Positions 14,175 to 25,814 of a stretch of DNA of 64,000 bases are shown in pieces. Positions within the stretch are counted from its first letter, which is position 1; each line of letters opens with the position of its first letter. Under the pieces are notes generated by a model, which did no database searches, was not told the origin of the DNA, and saw nothing but the letters and a program-made list of their open reading frames with translations. Origin of the DNA: Auanema rhodensis (taxonomy: Eukaryota; Animalia; Nematoda). The stretch covers positions 8,866,001 through 8,930,000 of the forward strand of contig OZ059895.1 of assembly GCA_964057225.1 (NCBI GenBank). The letters are read 5' to 3'. The position numbers were made by a program, and so were the translations under genes.

Positions 14175-14307
14175 CCTAAATTGAAACATTCCAAAAAATC
14201 AAAATTTGTTTAAATATTGTATGATCTTTAACAAGGTGAATATTACATATAAACAAACAGTAAACTTATATTCAAAAACCAACAACTTGTTCAACAATAA
14301 TAATAAA

Positions 14308-17300
14308 TCATAACAAAAACGGATGTGTGTATGAACTTTCTTCAACTAGCTCAGGGGCTACCATTTCGGGCTCTAAATGCGTTTCAGAGACATGAAATTA
14401 AAAAAAAGAAAATACCGATTATGATGTTGTTGGGCATACCTCCTTCTGCTGGGAAAGTAAATACGTTATCCACCGAATACTGTGATTATTTTATTAAAAT
14501 TAGAAAAAAATAACTAACATACCAATGCAAATACTGGTCCACTAAGATGTTTTGGTTCTAATTTGTTAGGCCAAATATGATGTTTCTCACCATGAAGAAT
14601 TGCTCGGAAAATTGAGAATTTCTTCTGTAGTTCTTTCCCTTTCAATAATTGCAGAAAACGGAAATGACAAGCTGATAGAGATTTTATTAACACTGAAAAA
14701 ATTTATTAAAAAACATAATATTAATGAAAAACCTGAAGTATCATTAAACCATTTATAGTTTTGTTTAAGCACTAACAAAAGAGCAGAATCTTCATATTCG
14801 CCCCCTTCTTTCAAAGATTGCTTTTTACGATCAATCTAAAATATCAAATGAATTACTCAAACTAAATGTGCAGAGTACCTGTTTTCTTTTTCTGATTGTG
14901 GCTGTGGTGCTTGCACGGCTACTAGATGTTTTGCCTGTTCTTCTGCTGATCATGGATAAAGTTGATGCGGCCTCTGAGAAAGCATCACAATCCTGAAGAT
15001 TTCTGTTTTTAATTTAATTCAAGAAAATATATAAACCTCTAAATCTCTTCCGGTTTCAATGCCATCCTTTAGATTTTCCAATAGTTTTTCCTTATTGAAT
15101 CGAACTACTTCTAATCTTTTGATATATCTGAAGATCTTTACTATTTCTTTTGTTTTAATAAAAACACAAACTTCAACACATCTGACTGCCGAATATCAAT
15201 TTCTTCTAGAATTTGTTGAGTTTTAAGCAATGATTGTTCTTGCACAAAACCAAGTACTAGAGCATATTTGTAAAACATCAAATAATAAAATAAAATACCA
15301 TCTACTTGACTTTCATAATTTGATGCAGCCTCCCAATCACCCGCTGATATAAGCATATTGACAGTTTCTCTATCATTACCCTTTGAATTTTACTGATATT
15401 AATATAATCTAAGAAAGTTTTACCAGGCTCGCATATATGTGAGCAGCATTTCTAAATTCAGACTTTAATTTCATTTGCAGCGCTATTTTCAAATAGAGTT
15501 TTTGTTTTTCTTCATCAGAAACTACACTTTTCTCACATAATCTTTGAAGTGCATTAAAGTCACGAGAGTTTACACAACAGTTAACAGCCTTTAAAAAACC
15601 ATTTTAAGAATAATAGTACTGTTTCTTTTTCTTACCTTTTCGTAATCAGCAGCTTTTTCATACAATATCATAGCTTCAGTCCAATTTCCTTTACTTTCCA
15701 AGTATGCTGCACACAAATGTGCCACATCCTATATATATATAATCATTTGAATATCTATAAATTAAAAAAACTTTAAATCTCTCGTTATTAACATATATTT
15801 GGAGAGCATCTGAATGTAAGCATTTATTTTTGATCAACTCCGTCGCTTCGTCAAAACGATCGTTAAGCTAAAACAAAGTATATAAATCCAAATTTTTTTT
15901 GAAAAACCTTAGATAAATTCCATAAAGCCGATTTCCAATCTTCTCGAAGAATATCAATGCGATATCTCTTATATTCTTCAGGATGTGTCTGATTATAATA
16001 AAAATATACATGAAATATGAAAAAACAAACCTTCCGTAATTCGTTTAATATTGGTAGATATTCTTTAGGATCACGATTAGAGGCTTCAGCAACTTGAACA
16101 GTGAGTGAAAGATCATACGTTGCCAGCGCTGCGTTGAACATTGCTTTATCGTTTACAAAGAATGATATATGATGAAGCCATTTCCGTGAATAAGAATCTT
16201 TTTCAGAAGTAGGCACTGCAAATAAAATGAATTGAAAAATATTGAAAAATAGAAAATTCTTGATCCACTCACTTTCATCAGTGTGTTGTTTCACATATTT
16301 TAAAGCTTCTTCAGTTTTCGGTGGACTGTTTTTAAGCAGAGCGGATAATAAAACTGTGAACATCTCAATTCGTTTTTCTGTTGGAATTTCATCAAGAACG
16401 TGCGAGCACAGTTTTTCCGTTATAAATTGTATCTATCACAAAATAAAATACAATATCAACATAAAATGATAATTAGGTTACCTTATTGGAAAGAACAGGA
16501 AGTTTGCAAAATTCGTTACGTTCAGAAGTCAAGCTGGCAATGAACAAATTTACCAAATCAGGATTGCTCCCAATTAGCAATTTATTAATATTCAATGAGA
16601 AAACCTAAAATACAATACATTTATTTAGTCAAACTATAAATATATCGTACCTCAGGATTATGATCACAAAGAAGGTTCATATCTATGCGATGCTTTTTCA
16701 TTATTTTTAAAGCCTCTACATATTTCAGATCGTCGATTAATTGACGAAGAAGTTCCACAACAAACCTAAAAAATATTAATTAATTAATCATAAATAATAA
16801 CCAAAGCTAACAATCGAGGATGAATTGTTTCCAGATTTCCTCTAGGCATCTGCATAGTGACTGCAGTGCCGTCCCTGGACACATCCACCAATCTACTACC
16901 AATTTCAACACCACGAGCTAAATTTTTCATGATACAACAAAAATATCACAAATGTTACCTTCTGATAAAGATACCCATTCATCGACACTGTTGATCATCA
17001 ATTTGTTTTGGAGAGTTATATATATACAGAAACCCTTATAGGTGATAAAAGAACTGACAGAATCAGCGACTTGTTTTCCATTTTTATATAATTCGTTGGA
17101 AGCAACTAATGTGAAAATGTTACCCTGAAATAAGAAAATGAATTAAATACTACTGAAAAAGAATCATGCCTTTGCGAATGCATTAAAATAACTTGTGGAA
17201 GTTACAACATCAAATAATCGATGTGAGGCATAGTTTTCAATTTTTTCAAAGTGTCCATTCTCTGTTTGGATATAAATATGCTCATCGGTGTATCCTAGCC

Positions 17301-20300
17301 AAACTATTTTTGATTTCGATTCACTTAAGTTTAAATAACACATCAATACAGAGTATATGTATATATATGTTACCTCAATACAATATGCACTTCACCTGTT
17401 TCCAAACTGATTTCCACTACTTGAACACCGTTGATGACACCAAGCAACTTATTCTCTTGCGAATAGCATAAAAGAGAAAGAGATTTTAAATTCTCTAACT
17501 GCAAGATGAATTTCTTTGAAGCATCTCTGATTTGAGATAGCTGATCTATAAGTAATCAATAAATATCAATTTAACTTTTATGCTAATTAGTTAGTTTCGA
17601 AAAAAGTCTTTTTCCACTTTCGCAATGTATATCGAAGCTTCTGATTTTCGTTAAAATTATCAGAAACTGGTATGTAACTGTTGAGAGTTATCAGCGTGAG
17701 AACGTAGCCTGAGGTCTTAAAAGTACAGCAAGAAGAGATCAAAAGACTTGGCGCCTTTTCTAGTAGTCTGGTGTCAGTTGAATTATGAAACTAGAAGACG
17801 CCGCATCAAAACAAAACAAATGCTTATTTTGTCTCTACCAGTAGCAATTTATAATATTATATCTTAACAGTCTGCAACTTGTTCAGATATTTTTGTTTTA
17901 TGAAAAAGAATTAATTTTTTCTATTAAATTTGGTTTTCAGATGTTTCGATGTCTAGGACAGCAGCGAAAGAAGAGTAAGAGGTAAGAATAGCACAAAATG
18001 GATATTATTAATTAATTCGATCATTTAGGGAGAGTATTGCTGAAAATGAAGAAGCTTATTATTCTTCGCTGCGGGTGAAAATCATACGATTTTAATATTT
18101 AAAACTTTGATATTTACAGACACCTGCCCAGAAAAAGTTAAAGAGAAGTATTGCTTATTCTAATCTTAGGAAACGGATTAACGAGTCTCCTCGTGCTGAT
18201 GTAGGAGGCTGTGATATGAAATTCGAATAACAGCATTTTATTTCAGAAGACTTATTGTGAAGAAGAAACGCTGCTTTTATCCCCAGAAAGAGATGTAAGA
18301 TCATTTGAGTAGTAACTCGGTATTAACGTTATAATTAGATTGAAGTCCCAAGAAGAGCTGCTTGTAGTCCTACATATGATACAATCTCAGAAGTAGCAGT
18401 ACCGTTTGAACAACTGCATTTAGACGATATTTATTCAAAAGTATCAGGGAGTGCGGATAAATCTAATATAGTAGCAAGATTTATTATGTTATGAAATATA
18501 AGAAATTGTCTAGGTTAACTCTGACTACGAAATTCCTCGAAGAGCTAATGTTAAACATTCACTCACGGAAGGCAGGTGTGTTACTTCAGAGGTATGTGTG
18601 AAAGTATTTATTAGTATAAAAGTTTATCATAGCAGAGTCTCCCTGACTGTATATATAGTTTCGATTTGCAACCAGAACTCTCAGAAGTTAAACCTAAGCG
18701 CATGTATATTAAGAAATCAGAAATGCCACGAAGAGTATGTAACGAAATTGCTAGCGAAAATGTTTTTATCCTTTTTCAGCATAATAATTTTTCTACTCTA
18801 TCTGCTCAAGCAAATACTAAATTTGATAGAAAGAAAAGGTTACCAGCTTTTCGAAAAAAGAATATAAGTTCAGATGATTCCATCTTGCATATGAGGAAAT
18901 GTCAAGGAATTAATTGGCGCAGAGCCACAGTAAAAATGAGCAATGAGGTTATTGTTTAGAAATTTTTGTTAATGATGTTTTGAAAAAATATTGCCACGCA
19001 TGATCGTTGTTACGATAGAAGTTTGTTTTCTGTGAAGTAAGCTTATTTGAGCTATTAGAAATTTGTACATTTTGTTGAATGTTGAGAAGTAATAAATATT
19101 AACCCACGTGTCTCCATCCTCAAATCATTATATATCACAGTAACTCTATCTTGACTAGAGGTGAATGCCAACGGAGATCCTTCCATGGGAAGTGAGAATT
19201 GGCACATTGGAGGGGGTATAGGATGCTTAGCTAAGTCGGTAACACGGATTTCTCCTGTATGTTAAGCTTTATACGCCAAAATTTGGTTTTTATAGCTGTA
19301 CCTGTGGCAATCACGACTGCCATGGAATTAACCACACTGTATTCATGCTCAAATGAGAACTTGAAGAACCCACCGTCAGCCGTTGCGAAAAAGAGTACTC
19401 TGCCCTAAATAGATACTTGGAAACATAATCAAATAATTTCATTTTACTGATTCTGAGCTCCAATTCCAATCAGAAACACCTCCTTTAACCACGTATGACC
19501 ATTTGAGATTCCATTCATAGTTTGAAACGCACCACGCCTCAACTGAACTTCTTTGAGTAAATGATAAAACATGTTTTTAAAACTGACTTATATCTTTGTC
19601 ATTTTCTCGATAAATTATAGCAAGAATTGATGCCTCTGAATTCCATTTCATACCAATACAAGGAGCAAAACCATTGCAAGGGAATTTGTAGGTGTGTCTA
19701 AGCTCTCCGTTCTTCTCAAAGAACATGATCTCGCGAAAATTTTCTTCAAAAAGAGTAAGTATGAATAAATAACAAATATATATATATATATATACCATTG
19801 ATGGGAGCAAAAGTTGCGATGTAGTTACCAGTTGGTCGAACAGCAATGCATTCTTCTAAGGGTTTTTCATTCTTTAGTCTTGAAGCTAATTGTCCTTCGC
19901 TATCAAAAACCTAAACTATCATTTTTTCAAACGATAAATTCGGGAAACATACTAGGACAGAACGAATATTGCTTGTAGTATTAAAAACTGATACAAAAAC
20001 GCATTGATCATCCGCTCTCCAAACAATATAGGTCTTCTTAGTGTCCTCCACTAATTTAACAGGAGCAAGTTCATTATTTTTTCTTGCAGAAAGCTATTAT
20101 AAAATTATAGAGATGGCACAACGACATTTCTCTTATACCTTTCCCGCACTTCCTTGAAATTGAGTTTCCTTTGAACCCCAGCCTACCGTAACAAGCTCGT
20201 CTCTTCCAATCTCCTCGGTTAATAAATTTCTGTAAGAAAAATATAAATAAGAATAGGAAAATCTACTTACGATTCCGCAGTATTCATAAAGTCGCGGTCA

Positions 20301-20810
20301 TATAATAATAGAGTTTGGCCATCAGAAACAGCCAAATATGTTAAGGACGTGCTCCAAGAAGCCGCACTACATTCTATACCTACGAAAGCAACTTCTTCCA
20401 ACTAAAATCAATTTATATTTCAATTATAAAACACTAGTTCTTACTTTTTTCTCGAAAACATTAATAATGATGATGGATCCCGTGGATAATACGGCGCACA
20501 ATTCATTTGAATCAAACAAAAATTGAAAATCAATTAAAGTATTACCACTCCTCTCGACTTCCCAATCAACAATATTAATAACCTAAGAATTATATGCTCA
20601 AGAAAACGATTATCACAAAAACCTCTTGTGTTGTTAAATCAAAAGAAAAAACAGATTGTTTCGTTGCAATATACACAAGGGAGTTTGTGCAATCTTCTTG
20701 AAAACGTTCACACTCTAAATAAACAGACAATATTCAAATTCAAGGTCCAGCCTACCGCCAAAAATTTGATCATCAAATGTACTTGCTTGTCTAAGAATAA
20801 TATTTCTCAT
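14308..20810 (-). CDS. elpc-1: Elongator complex subunit 1 (ELP1/IKBKAP)
   Basis: Motifs TVGWGSKETQFQG, QMPRGNLETIHPR, ALATYDLSLTVQVAEASNRDPKEYLP and LKEGGEYED. ATG at 20810 (MRNIIL), TGA at 14308-14310. One long intron at 17546-19107. Confidence 0.93.
17941..18959 (+). CDS. Nested 7-exon orphan gene (~250 aa) inside the long elpc-1 intron, on the opposite strand
   Basis: The ATG directly follows TTTTCAG (17934-17940). Six ~45-nt GT..AG introns preserve the frame: MFRCLGQQRKKSKR|ESIAENEEAYYSSLR|TPAQKKLKRSIAYSNLR..|KTYCEE..|IEVPRRAACSPTYDTI..|VNSDYEIPRR..|QSLPDCIYSF...NEVIV*. An AATAAA follows at ~19091. Confidence 0.8.
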
Positions 20811-20852
20811 ATTACTAAATAGAAATAATTAAACACCTTTAAAAGACGGTTT

Positions 20853-20876
20853 AAGGTATCCACAGGTGATCCTACA
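20853..20876 (-). promoter_or_regulatory. Candidate Ur element (stem-loop + UAYYUU) for SL2 trans-splicing of elpc-1
   Basis: The minus strand reads UGUAGG-AUCA-CCUGUG-GA-UACCUU, with UACCUU starting ~44 nt upstream of the end of the TTTAG acceptor before the elpc-1 ATG. It lies in a ~97-nt intercistronic gap. Confidence 0.5.
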
Positions 20877-20907
20877 TATAAGTCAAGAAGATTTACATTA
20901 AGTTTAT

Positions 20908-22376
20908 TTATTTTTTAAATTTATTAAAATAATCATGCAACATATCACGATCAATATGTGTTATGTTCCCCAGATATTCGCACATTTCTATTTCTTTTTG
21001 ATTCCATCTCGAACATGGATCAATTGAAACACTGGAAGCTCATGATGCAATTAGATAACAAAATTTAAATATTACCAATTTTGAATCAAATAAGATAGTG
21101 CTGACTCGAAAGCTAACTTTGGTTTGAACATTGTTCCATTCATAGATAGGGATCGAAACACACTATAGGATGTGCAAGTACCCATTAAATCTTCCAATGG
21201 AAACTTTTCAGAAACCATTTCCCAAATCGTTAAACCAAAGCTCCATATATCAGATTCAACTCTATAATATTTTTGTGGTCATAATAATAAGCAAATTATC
21301 CCACTTGTAAATACCACCATTGAGCCTTTCTGGAGCCATATAAGCCTTGGTGCCAACAAACGTTCGGGCGACAGAATGTTCAACATGTTTGGATACACCA
21401 AAATCAGAAATTTTGATGTATCCTGCCGAATTAACAAGAATATTAGCAGGCTTCATATCTATGAAATAATAATAACTCTCATTTAAAGATGATTAAAACC
21501 TCTATGCATGATATTATTATTCCATAAATGGGAAAGTCCTGAAAAGACACATTTGCTTACGTGTTGATGAACATCGAGAGGCAATGGTACTAAATATATC
21601 AAAATAAGAACAAATTTATAAAAATGATATTACGATAGGCTTTTATCGAACCCAGATCCATATATTCGAAGCAAATCATTAGCATGTTCACGTCCATCAA
21701 GGCTCCTATTAGTTGAACTATGTAATCGCAAGGCATGCACTAATAAAATAAAATAAAATTATTGCATATTTAATTCAAGTAACCAAATTACCTTTTTCAG
21801 AACTGAAATTTCTCGTAGTACAAGCTTTTTCTCATCATGATGCTCAGATAATTCAACACTTTTGACAGCTAATATCTTATCAGAGGGTAGATGTAGAGAC
21901 CTTAGATTTATAAACTCAAAAATAAAGCTTGTACATTTAACAAACTTATATACGGTTCCAAATTGCCCATTGTTAATAAATTCTATTTTCTGCAGATCTT
22001 GTGGTAATATAACAGGTATAGAAACATCTTCTTCATCCTTTTTCACTGAAGAAGAAATGCTATATGTTTCCGCGAAAACCTAGTCAAACCCAGCCAAATG
22101 GTATTCAGAGTATCATTTTGTAATGTATCAATAAACAATGATAAATCTTCATCACTCCGAACAGAAATACGATCTTTGTCCTCATCACAATCTAAAATTA
22201 TTGCAAATTATATAAAGGGAATACATTCGCCTTCCTAACTAACACTCAAAATAAGAAAAATTTCCAAAATCGCGAACCAATTCAGCGTGCAATGTGTCAA
22301 AAAAACGTAGCGTAATATAAGATATTTCTATATGCTTACACTCTTCCCCGAAATTCACCTCAAAGGAATAATTCAT
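20908..22376 (-). CDS. MAP kinase kinase of the MEK5/MAP2K5 type with N-terminal PB1 domain
   Basis: The spliced N-terminus [21 protein letters not shown] is a PB1 OPCA motif like that of MEK5. Kinase motifs [16 protein letters not shown] and [27 protein letters not shown] are present. Confidence 0.88.
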
Positions 22377-22612
22377 AATTACTAAATGAATACTAGGTCA
22401 CAAGGTGCGATATAAAAGTTCCAGTGGTCTCCAAGGACAAACACAAAATTACAAGAGGTGTCGTACGTGCCGAAACTTTGCCCATTTTCTGTTTCTGTCT
22501 CTGCGTACATTGATTAGATAAGGCATAAGTATAACATTTCTACTTTCTTTTTTTAGTTTAATATCAGCTACGACGTTTCTATAAATTGAGATAAATTTTC
22601 ATTCCAGCAAAG

Positions 22613-23116
22613 ATGGCATCCAAAATCCGTAGTGCAGTTTCTGTTGGACTGTTAGCCTACGCTTGTACAAAGACTGAGGTATCTCAAAGATTTTTTTTTA
22701 TTCTAAAAAATCTTTTACAGCCTGATGCAATTTTCTACACACCAGCATTTGCCATACCCGCAATGTTGTCTTTATTTCATTTCCCTACAAGCACAATCTG
22801 GAGGATTTTATCTAGTCTAACTATTATTGGATCCGCGCTTTTTCTTCACTTCTTCGCTTGGACAGTGATTTCCTTGCAATATACGCAAGGTTTGGACAAC
22901 TACGAAGCGAGAAATTTGTTACCGGTAAGTGATCAGACATAAGAAGTTCAAAAAATTTTAATTGAGGTTGCAATTGGTGTTGCATTAATTACAACAACAA
23001 GACTCTCTCAGGATAGTGTTGAAAAACCTGTACATTATATCCGAAGCGGGTTGTTTCATTACATTGTTCTCATAAGTGTTATGATTATTACAAGCTCTCC
23101 CAAACTGTATTTTTAA
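22613..23116 (+). CDS. Small multi-pass membrane protein (possibly TMEM220-like)
   Basis: Three exons with several hydrophobic segments. EPDAIFYTPAFAIPAMLSL loosely resembles the TMEM220 DPD motif. The 3' end is uncertain because of the adjacent duplication. Confidence 0.6.
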
Positions 23117-23469
23117 TGTGTAATGTAGTAAAATGATATGTTTATAGTTTTAACCAAAATGAACAGCAGTATCAGAATTTACTTAGATAATTTTCTTGAT
23201 AACCAATCTCAGACAAATAAAGTTCAAAAAACTATAATTGAGGCTGCATTAATTACAACAGAACTCTCTCAGAATAGTTATAAAATCTTTAATATATTCA
23301 AAACGGCTTATTTGATTACACTGTTCTCATAAATTTTTTTTGATTATTAAACGCTCTCCCAAATTGTATTTTCAATGTGTAATGATGTAAGGTGATATAT
23401 TTTATGGTTTTAACCAAAATGAACAACAGTATCAGACTTTACTTAGATAACTTTCTTGATATCCAATCT
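22935..23469. repeat. Degenerate tandem duplication, two copies of ~270 bp
   Basis: CAGACA..AAGTTCAAAAA..AATTGAGG..GCATTAATTACAACA..CTCTCTCAG..TTTTAACCAAAATGAACA..TTACTTAGATAA..CCAATCT occurs at ~22935-23209 and again at ~23210-23469. Confidence 0.85.
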
Positions 23470-23555
23470 TATACATCGATTGGGAAGCCAACCAACCAAA
23501 AGTGTAACAAACAAACCAACAATAAGAAAAATTTTGAAAAAAAACAATTTGATGA

Positions 23556-25052
23556 TTAATAATCATATTTAAATTCAAGATAATCTTCGTCAAATGTTTG
23601 AACTCTGACGTAACCGTCTTCTCCTCCGGTAACAATAGTAGTTCCATCAGGATGCCAAGCCATTGTATTAATTGGACCGAAATGACCCTGGAAAAAAAAC
23701 ACATTATACCTTATCTCATAATTATTTTCTTGAAGAATAAAGTTTTTTTTAAAGTAAGATACTAACGATAAATATGGTACTTTAGATAAGAAATATAGAA
23801 CTATCAAAAATAGAAAACTATAGTACCTTGAATCGTGCAAACTCCTCTTCAAAGACCATGTGATACAATTTAGCTTCGAAATGTCCAGCTGATACAGCGG
23901 TTTGTGTAACCTAAAGTACATTTGAATTATATTTTTTGTTAAAAAAAGGGAAGTGAACCATCATAGCATCTTCTCCTCCTCCAAGGCAAATATGATCACG
24001 AATTGGTGATACACAGGCAGAGTTAACTGGTCTTTCGGATCTAAAATCTTAATGTCAAAAAAATATTGAAAGTTTAACATTACCTATAAGTCTTCAAGTG
24101 CTCCAAGGTATTAACATCCAACAAAGCAGCAGTTTTATCACGTGAAGAAGTAATGATGAAAGCACCATCTGGAGACATTTGCATATCAGTTATGCCTTGC
24201 TAAAATAGATAAACTTAAAACAGAAAATCTTTACGTAGACATACTCTATGTACGCTTTCATTAGAAGCAATAGGTTCATCGTCCTTACGTAAATCATATT
24301 GCAAAAGTCTTCCTGTATTATCATAACCAACAGTGACCTGAAGTGAAAACGTATCGAAGTTTTCTGCTTTATACAATTCGTTTGTATTATTTTACCTTAT
24401 CATCCAAGCTGTTGAAGATACAACAAGTAGCAGACTGTTCAGATTGAGCACTGAAAGTTGAAGTTATTATGAATATATATTTTAATATTAATTTAACCTG
24501 AATAAAGGTGACTCAACACCAGAAGTCATTTGTTGTGGATCTCTGGTATCCAAAATAGCGAGTACAGATAAATTTTTCGTCATTTTCATTGTAGCATATG
24601 CAACCAAGTTTCCTGAGAAAATAAATATACTAGAACTAAAATAATTTTAGGTACCTGAGTAAGAAAGGTTGACTGCTTTACCAGGCGTGGGAATGTTAAT
24701 GTTGTGAAGAGCGGTACCAGTTTCACAATCCCAGATCTAGTAACAAAAATAAAAATTATACCCAAAAGTTTCCTCACCTTTATAGAATTGTCTCCAGAAG
24801 CTGTACCCATTCTAGTGGAATCGTAAGAAACATCAAGATCCCAGACTACTCCATTATGTCCATCATATGTTCCTTAAAATACTCATTCACAAAAAATAAT
24901 ATCAAATCTAGAAAACCTATTCTTTCTCCATTTTCGGTAAACCACACACAGGGAGATTTATTTTTAGCTGCAGTGAATAAAAGATCTCCCTCTCTGTTAA
25001 AGCGAACCCTAGTGAGTGCACGATCATGTCCTTTCAAAGATAGAGGCCTCAT
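23556..25052 (-). CDS. eif-3.I: Translation initiation factor eIF3 subunit I (WD40)
   Basis: [26 protein letters not shown]...ERPVNSA...[22 protein letters not shown]...GGEDGYVR. Confidence 0.96.
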
Positions 25053-25524
25053 GATATCTTCTAAAATTTAAACAGATTAAAAATTGAGGAAAGTCCCACT
25101 ACTATTAAATAAAAAATTAAACAATATTCAAACAGTTGCATCAAAACCTAACTTGCGTCAAACGCTAAATATGCGCCATTGATTTGTCATTTGCGCAAGC
25201 TTGTTTAACGAAAGTTGAACTAATTTTTCAGATGGAAGTCTTTAAATTTTATGAACTATAAAAATTTGTACTATTACCTCATGTTGTGTTAACCAGAATT
25301 TATTGAATATACTATTCAATTAGGTTATTGCAAAAATTGTAAAAAAGGTTTTCACTTTTTGAATCATTAAATGTTCAAATCAAGGGGTTCATACAGCTGT
25401 AATGAATAAGCCAAAAATTGAATATATTAAAATATTTATATTGCTTACTATGAATGAAAAGTTTTGCTTTAAGAAAATATTTTTATTCTTATTTTTTAGA
25501 ATATTGAATCCATTCACATTTGTG

Positions 25525-25596
25525 TCCTCGGTAGTATAGTGGTGAGTATCCGCGTCTGTCACATGCGAGACCCGGGTTCAATTCCCGGCCGGGGAG
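25525..25596 (+). tRNA. tRNA-Asp (GTC)
   Basis: TCCTCGG..TAGTGG..CTGTCAC..GGTTCAATTCC..CCGGGGAG folds as a cloverleaf and is followed by an oligo-T Pol III terminator. Confidence 0.97.
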
Positions 25597-25814
25597 AATT
25601 TTTTTTGAAAAAAATTAAGCTAAATAACAAGCTTGATACATAAACATTATCTTTATTAATTTACAATAAATGAAACAGACAAGACCAATTACATGAAATT
25701 AAATATTTATTTTCGAGTAACTTTATTTAGAGAATCTAAAACTTCCACTATAGCATCAAAGTAAAATAATCTCATGATTACAATAAAAACATGTAATACT
25801 GCAAAAATAGTTTC

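Noticed and set aside
23146-23420. GGTTTTAACC resembling the 5' end of an SL2 leader
   Set aside because: The match stops at 10 nt. There is no AG|GT donor at +22 and no Sm site, and the sequence is part of the local duplication.
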